64,000 nucleotides of DNA from Polyangiaceae bacterium (GTDB lineage Bacteria > Myxococcota_A > Polyangia > Polyangiales > Polyangiaceae): NCBI GenBank assembly GCA_035063585.1, contig JAPSGB010000024.1, forward strand, positions 1-64,000, written 5' to 3'. The first letter of the stretch is position 1; every line of letters begins with the position of its first letter. Shown here in pieces: positions 1 to 12,941 of this stretch. Under the pieces are notes generated by a model. It was not told the origin of the DNA and did not search any database. It saw only the letters and a program-made list of their open reading frames with translations. A program made the position numbers and the translations under genes.

Positions 1-120
1 ACAACATCGAGCGGCGGCATTCGTACCTTGGCTACGTCAACCCGATCGAGTTCGAATTGCGTTCCACAACGGCACAGGCTGGTACATAATCATGCTGTCC
101 ACGGAACCGGGGGAACTTCA
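1..120 (+). mobile_element. Right end of an IS3-family element (C-terminus of OrfB transposase plus right terminal IR), cut by the window edge
   Basis: The frame from nt 3 reads NIERRHSYLGYVNPIEFE...* (stop 87-89), the typical IS3 integrase-core tail. It is followed by CTGTCCACGGAACCGGGGGAACTTCA, ending in CA at 120 like an IS3 IRR. Confidence 0.8.
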
Positions 121-323
121 CGTGCCGAGCCGCGGCACTACGATGAAGCGGTGCCGCTCGCCTGAGCTCAGCCGGGTGCCAGCTTGCAGCTTCATGGGGC
201 CAGCGGCAGCGTGACTCTTGCAGGGTCATGGGGCCACCCGCCCCCCGTGCCAACATCGCGTGAGACACCAGCCCCCTCGAGTTCAGTGTGCCGACCACCG
301 CGGGGCGAGGGAGTCTCAGGACC

Positions 324-779
324 ATGCCGAAACCAGCCAGAGGGCCGACCCAGGTCGTGTCCACGCTCAACAACGATCGGCGGCAGCGCCCGAGGTTCAC
401 CGCGGAGCAGAAGCTCCGCATCCCGCACGAGGCCGAGCGGTGCACGACGCGCGGCGACGTCGGCGAGCTCTTGCGGCGCGAGGGCATCTACGGCTCGCAC
501 CTCTCTGCGTGGCGTTCCCCGCGTGACCGGCTCGGCGTCGCCGGTCTCGAGGGCGTACCGCGAGGCCCGAAGGTGCGGACGGAAAAGAGAGACAAACTCA
601 TCGAGCAGCTCGAGCGCAAGAACGCGAAGCTGGAGAACGAGCTCGGCATCGCCCACGGGCTGATCGACCTCCAGAGAAAAGCGCACGAGATTCTCGGGAT
701 CGCGCTGCCGAGAATCGAGGATGCGACCGAGGACGACTCGTCGCGCTCGTCCGGCAGCGCGAACCGGAGGTCCCGATGA
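324..779 (+). pseudogene. IS3-family transposase OrfA (HTH), part of a decayed element
   Basis: Contains RFTAEQKLRI..EAERC...GELLRREGIYGSHLSAWR followed by a coiled coil. Overlaps OrfB via ATGA at 776-779. The element's left end is probably near TGACTC at about 212. Confidence 0.75.
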
Positions 780-1355
780 ACGCCGCGTGCGAGGCGGTCG
801 GGCTGGTCCGGGCGACGGCGTACCGACGCATGGCACCGCCACCGAACGAGCCCCGGCCCCCCGCCGAGCGAGCGGCTCCGGCGCGGAAGATCCCGGAGCC
901 GGACCGGGAGGAGATACTCGCGGTACTCGACTCCGAGAGATTCATCGACCAGCCGCCGCGCGAGGTCTACGGGACCCTGCTGAGCGAGGGGACGTTCCTG
1001 TGCTCGGTCCGGACCATGTACCGGCTGCTGGCCGAGCGTGGACCGGTCAAGGAGCGACGCGCCCACCGGGAGCCCACGAACCACCCCGTTCCACGCCTCG
1101 TCGCATCCGCGCCGAACCACGTCTGGTCCTAGGACATCTCGAAGCTGCCCACGCTCACGACCGGCGTGTTCCTGAACCTCTACGTCGTGCTCGACATCTT
1201 CAGCCGGTACGTCGTGGCCTGGATGGTCGCGGCTCACGAGAACAGCGCCCTCACCAAGCAGCTCTTCATGGAGGCGATCGCACGCTACGGGATCGAGCCC
1301 GGTCAGCTCATCGTCCACCAGGACCGAGGCGCTCCCATGACCCGCCACGGCTTCG
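776..1355 (+). pseudogene. IS3-family transposase OrfB (DDE integrase core), with an in-frame stop and 3' truncation
   Basis: Reads APNHVWS*DISKL...YVVLDIFSRYVVAW...VHQDRGAPM. TAG at 1130-1132 replaces the conserved Trp of VWSWDI, and the frame diverges before the catalytic Glu region. Confidence 0.85.
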
Positions 1356-1485
1356 CTGTTCCTCGCTCATCGCGTGTCTGTGCACGTCGGTTCTTGATCA
1401 CGCGTGATCCGGCGACGCAATCCCGTCGTGCAAGTGCTCGATTTGATCCAGCTTCTCGCTCGCCCGAACTAGGGACACCCCCTAG
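1356..1485 (-). mobile_element. Probable left-end remnant of an IS5-family element
   Basis: The minus strand starts CTAGGGGGTGTCCC at a CTAG site. GTG at 1385 then gives VHRHAMSEEQ, resembling the IS5 transposase N-terminus (MxRHxLxDxQW), and breaks at the IS3 junction. Confidence 0.5.
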
Positions 1486-2159
1486 TCTTCGGCCCCGCTG
1501 CGTCGGCCTCGGCGTCCGCCCCCGAAGCCGAAGCCGAGCTCGCCCTCGTCGCGCATCGTCTGGTACTGCTGGAGCTGCGCCGGATCGAGCACCTCTGCGA
1601 GCGCTCGGTCGGCGTCTTCTCGCGCCTTCTTGCGTTGCTCGCGGAAGCTCGCGTAGCCGCCATCGCCCGGCGACGGTGACGGACGCGTCATCATCTTCTC
1701 GAGGATCGCCGTCATGCGCTCGCGCTGAGCCTGGGTGAGCTGCGCCTTGGCCGCGAAGGTGTCGGTGGTGCGCTGCGCCATCTGATGGCGCCGCTCGGCG
1801 CGCTCGGCCTCCCGCTCGGCCTCCCGCTCCGCGTCGAGCTCACCGATCACGCCGCGGACGGTGTTCTCGAGGTGCTGCTGGTCCTGCGCGCCGCCATCCG
1901 TCGGCACGTCCCCCGCGAGCGCCGCGCCGTACGCCGCGAGCGCGCGGCGGCCGCTCCCTTGCCGCTCGAGGAGCGCGAGCCGCCGCTCGAGGCCGTCGAC
2001 GCGCGTCGCGAGCTCGTCGTCGTCGGCCTCCTTCGGCGGCTCTGCGGCGGCGCGGGGGTTTGCCGGCCTCGCCGAGGTCCGGCCGACGATGAGCCCGCCG
2101 ACGACTCCGCCGACCAGCCCCGAAGCGACCACCGCGATGAAGAGGGTCGGGCGACTCAT
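1482..2159 (-). CDS. Hypothetical protein with N-terminal membrane anchor and coiled coils
   Basis: Begins with hydrophobic MSRPTLFIAVVASGLVGGVVGGLIVG, followed by a helical charged body ending in a Spy/CpxP-like motif (LAEVLDPAQLQQYQ). Confidence 0.7.
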   Translation of the reverse strand: MSRPTLFIAVVASGLVGGVVGGLIVGRTSARPANPRAAAEPPKEADDDELATRVDGLERRLALLERQGSGRRALAAYGAALAGDVPTDGGAQDQQHLENTVRGVIGELDAEREAEREAERAERRHQMAQRTTDTFAAKAQLTQAQRERMTAILEKMMTRPSPSPGDGGYASFREQRKKAREDADRALAEVLDPAQLQQYQTMRDEGELGFGFGGGRRGRRSGAED

Positions 2160-2262
2160 GACGAGAGCATGCCGCGAGGCGGCCCGGCGTGAAATCCTGG
2201 CGCTTCGCCGAGGCCCGCCGGGAGAGCGGCGCGGCCCGGAAAATGCGGTAGAGTCCCGCAAA

Positions 2263-2778
2263 ATGTCAGGGAAGCTGCGCTCGTTCGACGGAATCTCCCC
2301 GAGGCTGGGCGACGGCGTGTTCATCGCGGACGGCGCCTTCGTGATCGGCGACGTCGAGCTCGCCGACGGAGTGAGCGTCTGGTACGGCGCGGTGCTGCGC
2401 GGCGACGTCGGCTCGATCCGCATCGGCGCTCGCTCGAACGTGCAGGATCTCGCCTGCATCCACATGACCACCGGGGTGTCGAACACCATCATCGGAGAGG
2501 ACGTCACGGTGGGCCACGGCGCCATCATCCACGGCGGGCTCATCGGTGACCGCGCCCTCATCGGCATGGGCGCCGTCATCCTCGACAACGCCGAGATCGG
2601 CGAGGCGTGCCTCATCGCGGCCGGGACGGTGGTCCCGCCACGCGTGAAGATCCCGCCGCGCTCGCTGGTGCGCGGGCAACCCGGGCGGGTGATTCGCGCG
2701 GTGACCGACGAGGAGGCGCGGCTCGGCGTCGAGGGCGCGCGGCACTACCTCGAGCTCGCGCGGCAGCACCGCGACTGA
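2263..2778 (+). CDS. Gamma carbonic anhydrase family protein (hexapeptide repeat, YrdA/PaaY-like)
   Basis: Motifs VIGDV..., [18 protein letters not shown] and [11 protein letters not shown] carry the His ligands. Confidence 0.92.
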   Translation: MSGKLRSFDGISPRLGDGVFIADGAFVIGDVELADGVSVWYGAVLRGDVGSIRIGARSNVQDLACIHMTTGVSNTIIGEDVTVGHGAIIHGGLIGDRALIGMGAVILDNAEIGEACLIAAGTVVPPRVKIPPRSLVRGQPGRVIRAVTDEEARLGVEGARHYLELARQHRD

Positions 2779-2981
2779 GCGCGCCGCCGGCCGCGCCGGG
2801 CCGGCAGCCTGCGGGCTCGGGCGGGGAGCGTCTGCGCTCGGCCGGCGCCGGGGGGTGGCGACCGCGAAGGGGCTCGACTAGAGTGGGTCGTCATGCTCGC
2901 GAGTCGCTGGGTCGGGACCGGGATGGCGGCGACCGGCGCGGGATCGCTCGGGATGGGCCGCCGAGCTCTGGCGCGCGCGTG

Positions 2982-4244
2982 ATGCGGTCGATCGAGACGC
3001 TCATCGTGGGCGCGGGCGTCACCGGGCTCGCCGCCGCCGGCGCGCTCGGCGAGCAGGCGGACTACCTCGTCCTCGAGGCGGACGCCGAGCCCGGCGGCTA
3101 CTGCAAGACCGTGAAGCAAGCGGGCTTCACCTGGGACTATTCGGGGCATTTCTTCCACTTCAAGCGCCCGGAGATCGAGGCTTGGCTCCGCGCGCGCATG
3201 CCTGGTCAGCGGATCCTGCGCGTCGAGAAGCGATCGTTCATCGACTTCGCCGGCCGGCTCATCGATTTCCCTTTCCAGAAGAACATCCATCAGCTCCCGC
3301 AGCCCGACTTCATCGACTGCCTGGTGGATCTCTTCGAGGCGAGCGAGGCGCCGCCGAGCGAGCCCGCCGGCAGCTTCAAGGAGATGCTCCTCGAGCGCTT
3401 TGGGCGAGGGATCTGCGAGCGGTTCCTCTTCCCATACAACGAGAAGCTCTACGCCTGCGATCTCGGCGCGCTCGACGTCGGTGCCATGGGGCGCTTCTTC
3501 CCACACGCGGATCTGAGGGCCATCGTCCGCAACATGCGCTCGCCCGACAACGCGAGCTATAACCAGACCTTCACGTATCCCGAGGGCGGGGCCGTCGAGT
3601 ACGTGAAGGCGCTCGCGAGCGCGGTGCCGCCCGAGCGCGTCGCCCTCGCCGAGCCGCTCCTCGCGCTCGACCTCGAACGGCGCGTGGCGCGCACCGCGAC
3701 GCGTGAGCTCCGCTACGAGCGCGTGCTCTCGAGCGCGCCGTTCGACCGGCTGCTTCGCCTCGCCGGTCTCGAGCCGGAGCCGGGGGTGTTCTCGTACAAC
3801 AAGGTGCTCGTCTTCAACCTCGGCTTCGACCGCAAGGGGCGGGCGGGGGTGCACTGGATCTACTACCCGGACCCTTCGCTCATATTTTATCGAGTTGGCT
3901 ATTATGACAACATCTTCGAGGGTGAGCGTCTGAGCATCTACGTGGAAATCGGGCTCTCTGCCGGCGCTCGGGTGGATGTCGAGGCGGCGCGGAACCGAGT
4001 GCTCACGGACCTGCGGCGCGCCGGGGTGATCGACCAGCACCAGCTCGTGAGCTGGCACTCGGTGGTGCTCGACCCCGCTTACGTCCACATCACCGAGCGG
4101 AGCCTCGCCGAGCACGCGCGCCTCTCGGAGCGACTGCGCGCCGACGGCGTCTACAGCATCGGACGCTACGGCGGCTGGACGTACTGCTCCATCGAGGACG
4201 ACATCGTCGAGGCGCGCGCGCTGGTCGCGAGCTTCTCGAGCTGA
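2982..4244 (+). CDS. FAD-dependent oxidoreductase (protoporphyrinogen oxidase / UDP-galactopyranose mutase-like)
   Basis: Rossmann motif IVGAGVTGL, then [18 protein letters not shown] and C-terminal GRYGGWTY. Confidence 0.8.
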   Translation: MRSIETLIVGAGVTGLAAAGALGEQADYLVLEADAEPGGYCKTVKQAGFTWDYSGHFFHFKRPEIEAWLRARMPGQRILRVEKRSFIDFAGRLIDFPFQKNIHQLPQPDFIDCLVDLFEASEAPPSEPAGSFKEMLLERFGRGICERFLFPYNEKLYACDLGALDVGAMGRFFPHADLRAIVRNMRSPDNASYNQTFTYPEGGAVEYVKALASAVPPERVALAEPLLALDLERRVARTATRELRYERVLSSAPFDRLLRLAGLEPEPGVFSYNKVLVFNLGFDRKGRAGVHWIYYPDPSLIFYRVGYYDNIFEGERLSIYVEIGLSAGARVDVEAARNRVLTDLRRAGVIDQHQLVSWHSVVLDPAYVHITERSLAEHARLSERLRADGVYSIGRYGGWTYCSIEDDIVEARALVASFSS

Positions 4245-4287
4245 GGCGCGCCGCTTGGGCGGGGCCGAGCTCACCCGAGCTCGGGGC

Positions 4288-5889
4288 TCAGCGCCGGGAG
4301 GGGGGCGGCCCGTGCGCCTTTACGTGGACCGCGCGGCGCGACGGCAGGGCGTCGGGCGCGTCTTCCGCGCTGCGCTTCGAGCGCTGCCAAATCGAGCGCT
4401 CTTCTCGGAGCAGCCGGTCGACGAGGGTGTCGGGCGAGAGCTTGTCGAGCTCGCCGCTCGTGGCGGAGGCGTCGAGCATGGTGATGAGCGCGGTCATCGC
4501 GATGCGTAGGTGCGCCTCGTTGTCGAAGGAATCTCGCACCGTCTGCGCGCGCTGCGCCTTGGTCCGCCGCGTCTTCATGTGCTCGTACATGAGCGCCATG
4601 GAGCGCAAGATCGCGAGCGACAGATACTCGCTGTTCGGTGGGAGGCGGCCGATCCGGCCGAGCAGCTCGGTGACGTCCTGCCGGATCCGAGCCGCGCGCG
4701 GCTCGGCGGGCGGGGGCTCGGTGCGGCGGGCGAGCTCGAGCGGCGTCTCCTCGGCCGCGCTGACGCCCGGGCTCGTGAGATCCTCCTCGAGCAGATCGTC
4801 CGAGTCGACCTCCTCCGGCTCGGTGTCGAGGGGCGCGCGGGGCGGGAGCGCCTCGGCCAGCGGCCGGTGAGGGCTCGCGCTCGGACGGGGAGCGACGCTC
4901 GGGCGCGGTGCGCTCGCGGTGCGCGGCGCGGGCGCGAGCTTCGGCCCAGGGCGCGACGCGGGCGCGGGAGCTGGCTTCGGCGCAGGTCGCGGTGAGACAG
5001 CCTCGGGCACGGGCGCAGGGCGCGGGTTCGGGGTGCTCGCGAGCGAGGGCCGCCGAACCTCCGGCGGCGCGACCCGCGGCGCGGGCGCGGCGTGCGCGTG
5101 GGCCGCCGGCGGCGCGGGCGGAGCCGACGACGCGCCGCGCGCGGGGCGCGGCGTCAGGCGCGCAGGCCTCGGCACGGTGGCGAGCTCGGCGCGCTCGAGG
5201 GCGAGGCCGAGCACGAGTCGAGCCCAGCGGCGCGGGGGCGGCTCACCGTCGCCGAGCCCGGCCACGCCCGCGAGTTCGAGCAAGCGCGCCTCGTCGAGCG
5301 CCTTGCCCTTGCGCGCGGACTCCACGGCGTAAGCGAACGCCTCGCGGAGCCGCTCGGCGCCGAGGCCCGAGGCGAGCTCGCGCGGAGGGAGCCCCGAGGC
5401 GAGCTCGCCCGGGCGCAGCAACCCCTCGGCGAGGGCCGCGTCGACCACCAGCTTGACGCGGGCCGCCGCCCTCCGCGTGTCGTCGCGCCCCTCGCGTTCG
5501 AGCCAATCACCCGCGGTCGCGAAGCTCCAGAGCTCGCTCGGATCGAGGTGTCGAACCAGCAGCGGGACGGGGACGAGTTCGAGCATCGCGTCGGGGGTCG
5601 TCACGCCCTCGTCGAGCGCGAGCTCGAGATCCTCGATCGCGGCCCGAAGCGATTTTCGCGCCGCGATCCGGTGGTGGACCCGCGCCGCCTGCACCAGGAG
5701 CTTCACGCGCAAGCCGACCTCGGGCGCGAGCGCCGAGACGAGGGCGCTCGGCGGAAACCACTCGAGAAACTCGCTTGCCGTGCGATGACCGGAGGACAGC
5801 GCGTCGGCCAGCACCCGACCGACGAAGCGGTCGCGCCCGGGCTCGAGTTCCGATAGCGGCGCGGTCGGCTCGGCGGCGGGCTTGTTCAT
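4288..5889 (-). CDS. Hypothetical protein: helical N-domain, Pro/Ala/Ser-rich linker, acidic patch, helical C-domain
   Basis: Long ORF with plausible codon usage, co-oriented downstream of the signalling operon. An alternative start lies at 5919. Confidence 0.7.
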   Translation of the reverse strand: MNKPAAEPTAPLSELEPGRDRFVGRVLADALSSGHRTASEFLEWFPPSALVSALAPEVGLRVKLLVQAARVHHRIAARKSLRAAIEDLELALDEGVTTPDAMLELVPVPLLVRHLDPSELWSFATAGDWLEREGRDDTRRAAARVKLVVDAALAEGLLRPGELASGLPPRELASGLGAERLREAFAYAVESARKGKALDEARLLELAGVAGLGDGEPPPRRWARLVLGLALERAELATVPRPARLTPRPARGASSAPPAPPAAHAHAAPAPRVAPPEVRRPSLASTPNPRPAPVPEAVSPRPAPKPAPAPASRPGPKLAPAPRTASAPRPSVAPRPSASPHRPLAEALPPRAPLDTEPEEVDSDDLLEEDLTSPGVSAAEETPLELARRTEPPPAEPRAARIRQDVTELLGRIGRLPPNSEYLSLAILRSMALMYEHMKTRRTKAQRAQTVRDSFDNEAHLRIAMTALITMLDASATSGELDKLSPDTLVDRLLREERSIWQRSKRSAEDAPDALPSRRAVHVKAHGPPPSRR

Positions 5890-5984
5890 CGATGCTCCCG
5901 GTGGGGTGGAGGGCAGCATAGCGTCAGGGGGCCGGGCGAGGGGAGGCTTCTCGTCGGGCGCTCGCGAGGAGCCTCGACCCTGCC

Positions 5985-7637
5985 TCAGCCGATCTTGAGC
6001 CGCCGGACGCTCACCACCTCGGCCAGCTCGTCGGGCGCCTGCGCCGCGCGGGGCGCGAGCGTGCCGCGGATCTCGAGCGGGAGGTGGACCCAGAAGGTCG
6101 TCCCGACCTCGGGCTTGCTCATCACCTCGACGCGACCGCCGATGCGGGCGAGCAGCGGCACCGCGACCGAGAGCCCGACGTCCCACCCCTCCGCGCCCGG
6201 CTGGGGCGGCTGCCCCGAGGTGCTGCGCTGCAAGATCTGGGTGAGCTTGGTCTCGTCGAACCCGGCCCCCGTGTCCGAGAGCTTGATGGTGAGAAACCCG
6301 GGCGTCCCTTCGAGCTCGACCACGATGCTGCCGCGCTCGGTGCGCGTGCACGCGTTGGACATCAGGCTGTCGAGCACGCGATCGAGGAGCACGCGATCGC
6401 AGACGATGAGCTCGGGAGCATCACGCGAGGCGAGGACGCTCGTGTCGAGCCCTCGCCCGACCACCAGGGCGCCAAGCCTCGCGCGGAGCTGCTCGGTGAG
6501 ACCCGGGACGAAGATCGCCTCGGGCGCGAGCCTCATGTGTTCGCTCCCGATCGCGGCCAGGCTCTTCAGCTCCCCGAGGAGCTGCTCCATCCGCTCGACG
6601 CCAGCGTCGAGGTCGTCGAGGATTTCGCTGCCCTCCGCGCCCTGCACCGCGCCGATCTCGCGCAGGTAGGAGAGGTTCATCTTGATGACCGCGAGCGGGC
6701 TGCGAAGATCGTGCGAGAAGCCGCGAATCGAGCCCTCCCACCGGCTCCTGAGGGCCTCGATGCCTCGGCTGAGGCGCTCGCGGGCGTCGGCTACGTCGAG
6801 CTCGCGCTCCTCGAGTCGGTGAATCCACTCGTGCTGGCGCTGGGTGAGCTCGAGGATCTCGCGCCGCGTGGTCGCGTCGGTGCGCGCCATCTCGAGGTAG
6901 TCGTGGCTGAGCTCGCGCGCCGTCACCGCGTTCAGCCGCATGGCCCGCGCGAGCTCGAGGAGGAGCGCGAGGCCGCCGCCTCCGAGGATCAGCGTCACGG
7001 CGACGAACCAGTCGTTCGTCCCGAGCGCCCGCGCGGCGAGCGCGAGCGCGCTCCCGACCGCGAGCCCGAACACCACCGGGAGCCAGCGCCTCCGCTCGTA
7101 GACCCGCAGGCGATAGACGCAGGCGTCGCCGCCGCGCGCCATGCAGGCGAGCTCCTCGAGTTGCGCCGGCGGCAGGCTCCACATCACCGGGAGCTGCTTC
7201 AGTCGCGCCTGGCGCGACAGGCACATGAGCCGGCTCTCCGCCTTTTCGCTCGTGTAGCGGACCACCACGGCCCCCGCGCGGTCGCGCTGGGTCGAGGCCG
7301 CGCCGATGCTGCTGTGCAGCCGCACGTGGCGCGCGCCGAGCTCGTAGGCCTCACGCGGGCCGAGCGCCGCGAGGAGCAGCCGCAACGGCCCGCGCCGAGG
7401 GTCGACGCCATACGCGCAGGCCGCCTCGAACTCCTCGTCGCTGCGGAGGTGGCTCCGCGCGGCCGCGAGGAGCCGCTCGAAGTCCGCGTGCGACACCCAG
7501 GCGCTCGCGGCGCTCAGGGACGCCGGGGCGAGGCCCGTGCTCGCCGCGAGCGCGTCGAGGATCTCCGCGCCGCGGTGGGCGACCAGGTAGTCGAGCAGAG
7601 GGCTCGCTAGCTTGAGGCTGAGATCGGCGCTCGGCAT
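5985..7637 (-). CDS. Sensor histidine kinase with cytoplasmic V4R-like N-terminal domain and two TM helices
   Basis: V4R-like Cys motif MCLSRQ...ELACMARGGDACVY; H-box FSHDLRSPL; G1 box SDTGAG; N and G2 boxes are degenerate. Alternative TTG start at 7655. Confidence 0.85.
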   Translation of the reverse strand: MPSADLSLKLASPLLDYLVAHRGAEILDALAASTGLAPASLSAASAWVSHADFERLLAAARSHLRSDEEFEAACAYGVDPRRGPLRLLLAALGPREAYELGARHVRLHSSIGAASTQRDRAGAVVVRYTSEKAESRLMCLSRQARLKQLPVMWSLPPAQLEELACMARGGDACVYRLRVYERRRWLPVVFGLAVGSALALAARALGTNDWFVAVTLILGGGGLALLLELARAMRLNAVTARELSHDYLEMARTDATTRREILELTQRQHEWIHRLEERELDVADARERLSRGIEALRSRWEGSIRGFSHDLRSPLAVIKMNLSYLREIGAVQGAEGSEILDDLDAGVERMEQLLGELKSLAAIGSEHMRLAPEAIFVPGLTEQLRARLGALVVGRGLDTSVLASRDAPELIVCDRVLLDRVLDSLMSNACTRTERGSIVVELEGTPGFLTIKLSDTGAGFDETKLTQILQRSTSGQPPQPGAEGWDVGLSVAVPLLARIGGRVEVMSKPEVGTTFWVHLPLEIRGTLAPRAAQAPDELAEVVSVRRLKIG

Positions 7638-7688
7638 GGGTTCGAGCTCGGGCAATGGTGAGAGCGTCTCCGATCGCTGTCCGGGAGT

Positions 7689-8786
7689 CTACGCGAGGCG
7701 CCCCGAGGGCGCCCCGCCGACGATGCGGTTTCGGCCGCCGTCCTTCGCGGCGTAGAGGCGCCGGTCGGCGAGCGCCGAGAGCTCCACCGCGGCGCCCGCC
7801 GGCGTTCGCGTGGAGAGCTCGCTCAGGGTCGCGCACCCGCCGCTCAAGGTGACGGGGATCGGTCGGCCGTCGAAGCTCGCGGGGAGCGCCCCCACGCTCG
7901 CGCGGATCCGCTCGGCCACCCGTGCGGTGTCGCTCGCGTCGGTTGCGCGGAGCAAGACGACGAACTCCTCGCCGCCGTAGCGCGCGAAGACGTCCTCGCC
8001 CCGGAGCTGCGCCGCGGCGACGCGCGCGACGTGGCGGAGCACCGCGTCGCCGGCGGCATGGCCGTGCGAGTCGTTGATTCGCTTGAAGTGATCGAGGTCG
8101 AAGAGCACCATGCCGAGCTCGAGGCCATGACGCGCGGCGTAGGCGAGCTCCGCGCGGAGCCGCTCGTCGAAGTGACGGCGGTTGTAGGCGCCGGTCAGCG
8201 CGTCGCGGGTGCTCGACTCGTGGAGCTGGCGGAGCAGCTTCTCGTGGAGGCGATCGGTGGCGGTGTAGCGAAAGCTGGCGTGCGAGCCGAGCTGGACGAC
8301 GTCCCCGTTGGCGAGCACGGCGCGGGTGATCCGCCGGCCGCGAAGCCAGGTCCCGTTGCTCGAGGCGAGATCTTCGATGGCGTGCGCGTTCCCGAGCCAG
8401 GTGACGCGCGCGTGGAAGCGGCTGATCCCGCCGTCCTCGAGCCTGAGCGCGTTGTCCTGGTGCCGCCCGATCGTATAGGTGTGGGCCCCGAGCGGATAGA
8501 GCCGCCCGGCGTCGATGCCATCCATCCGCAGCAGGACGATCCGCTCGCGGAGCGAGACGGGCTCGGGCGGCGCGCTCACTTGCGTGATGCGCGCGTCATC
8601 TTCGGCATCTTCGTCGAGCTCGGTGACCACCGGTTCGGCCGGCGGCCGAACCGCGGGGAGGCTCTGGTTGGTGATCGCGCGCGCGGCGCGTTCCCCGGGA
8701 CTCGGGGGAAGGAGGGCGTCACGCCCGGAGTGGGCGGGCGCGGCGCTCGGAGCACTGCGGCGGGAGGCCGGGTTCGAGCTCGTCAT
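7689..8786 (-). CDS. FHA-domain diguanylate cyclase
   Basis: FHA motifs IGR..., ISRFHA, DLASSNGT and GDVVQLG. GGDEF domain DALTGAYNRR...RYGGEEF with I-site RGED. Confidence 0.95.
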   Translation of the reverse strand: MTSSNPASRRSAPSAAPAHSGRDALLPPSPGERAARAITNQSLPAVRPPAEPVVTELDEDAEDDARITQVSAPPEPVSLRERIVLLRMDGIDAGRLYPLGAHTYTIGRHQDNALRLEDGGISRFHARVTWLGNAHAIEDLASSNGTWLRGRRITRAVLANGDVVQLGSHASFRYTATDRLHEKLLRQLHESSTRDALTGAYNRRHFDERLRAELAYAARHGLELGMVLFDLDHFKRINDSHGHAAGDAVLRHVARVAAAQLRGEDVFARYGGEEFVVLLRATDASDTARVAERIRASVGALPASFDGRPIPVTLSGGCATLSELSTRTPAGAAVELSALADRRLYAAKDGGRNRIVGGAPSGRLA

Positions 8787-8792
8787 GCCACT

Positions 8793-10026
<1,234 letters not shown>

Positions 10027-10037
<11 letters not shown>

Positions 10038-11361
10038 CGCGCGACTCCGCGCACATGAGCTCCACGTACTGGCGGATCTCCGCGCGAGTCTCCGGGGCGA
10101 GCTCGGCGAATTCGAAGCCGGTCGCGTGGTTGGCGCGCACGGCTCGGCTCCAGCGCGCGGTGGCGCGGACGTCGCGGATCCGGCCGCTCACCGGTAGCGC
10201 GAGGCGAATCGTCGCCGAATCGCCGGCGGGCACGCCGTCCGGGCCGACGAACTGGAGCCCGCCCTCCGAGATCTCCTCGATCCTGCCGTCGATCTGGGCT
10301 CCCGACGAGAGCGCGACGCGGGCGAGCGCGACGTAGGGCGCCCGGGGGTGCTGGCGGCGGTACTGCCCTGGCTCGGGCGTCGCCTTGGCGAGCGGCGAGT
10401 CGGCGAGCGTCGATTTCGGCGGTTCGCCCCTCGGGAGGGTCGCGCTTCGCCCAAATAAGTCGATATAGTGCTCGGGATCGCTCGGGAGCGCCTCGAGCGC
10501 GGTCCTGAACTCGGTGAGATTCTGAAAGCGGTCCACCGGAGCGCGCTGCAGGGCCCGCAGGATGAGCTGCGCGAGCGCTGCCGGCACGCCCTCGCGCAGC
10601 GTCTCGAGCGGCGGTGGCGCGGAGGTGGAGAGCTTCATCAAGACGTCGGCGTAGTTGCCCTCGAAGGGGACTCTCCCGGTCAGGCACTCGTAGAGGGTGA
10701 CCCCGAGCCCGTAGACGTCCACCCGGTGATCGCAGTCGGAGGACAGGAGGAGCGACTCCGGGGCCATGTACTCGGGAGTCCCGAGCAGGGTGTTCTCGCG
10801 GGTGAGCTTCACCGTCGGCATGCCCGCTCGGTCGAGCTTGGCGATGCCGAAGTCGAGCAGGGTGACCGGTGAGCCGGGGCCCGCCCCGATGAACACGTTG
10901 GCGGGCTTCACGTCGCGATGGACGACGCCGTGCGCGTGACAGCGCTCGAGCGCCCGAGCCAGCGCGAGCCCGATCTTCAGGGTGTCGGGTACGCTGAGCT
11001 GGCCGCGCGCCGCCACCAGCCCGTCGAGCGCGCGGCCATCGAGCGCGCGGCAGGCGATGAACTGGAGCTCCTCGTGCTCTCCCGCGTCGAGCAGCTCGAC
11101 GATGCCCGGGCCCCGGACCCGCGCGAGCGCCTCGACCTCGCTCGCGAAGCGCGCGCGGCGCTCGGCGCCCTCGTGGAGCACCTTGAGCGCCACCGGGAGC
11201 GCGGTGTAGGCGTGACTGGCGAGGAAGACGTCCGAGCCGCCGCCGCTCGCGAGCAGGCGCTGGATCGAGTAGCGATCGATCCGACTTCGCGAGATCCGGG
11301 TGCGGGTGCTCGATTCGATGGAATCCCGGTCCGCGCGATCGTCCGAGGCGGGGCTCTGCAT
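10027..11361 (-). CDS. Hanks-type Ser/Thr protein kinase with C-terminal PilZ domain
   Basis: Kinase motifs VALKVL, HRDVKPAN, DFG and GTPEYMAPE. PilZ motifs RRQHPR (RxxxR), EISEGG and GFEF. RBS GGGAGG precedes the ATG. Confidence 0.9.
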
Positions 11362-11394
11362 GACTGACCTCCCTATTGACTGACTCGGCTCGTG

Positions 11395-11410
11395 TGCAGG
11401 AATCAGGCCG
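11395..11410 (-). promoter_or_regulatory. Putative sigma54 (-24/-12) promoter of the kinase-PilZ operon
   Basis: Minus strand CGGCCTGATTCCTGCA has the GG-N10-GC spacing, about 35 nt upstream of the kinase start and next to a divergent sigma54 activator gene. Confidence 0.6.
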
Positions 11411-11481
11411 CGTCGAGCGCGCCCGTGGTTCACGAGATCTCGCGGCGAGAGGCTTGCCTCACGCGGGCGTGAGAGGTCATA

Positions 11482-12933
<1,452 letters not shown>

Positions 12934-12941
12934 CGCGCGGC

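Noticed and set aside
1130..1132. Programmed TAG readthrough or pyrrolysine in the transposase
   Set aside because: A single TGG-to-TAG change at a conserved Trp in an element that is also truncated is best explained as decay.
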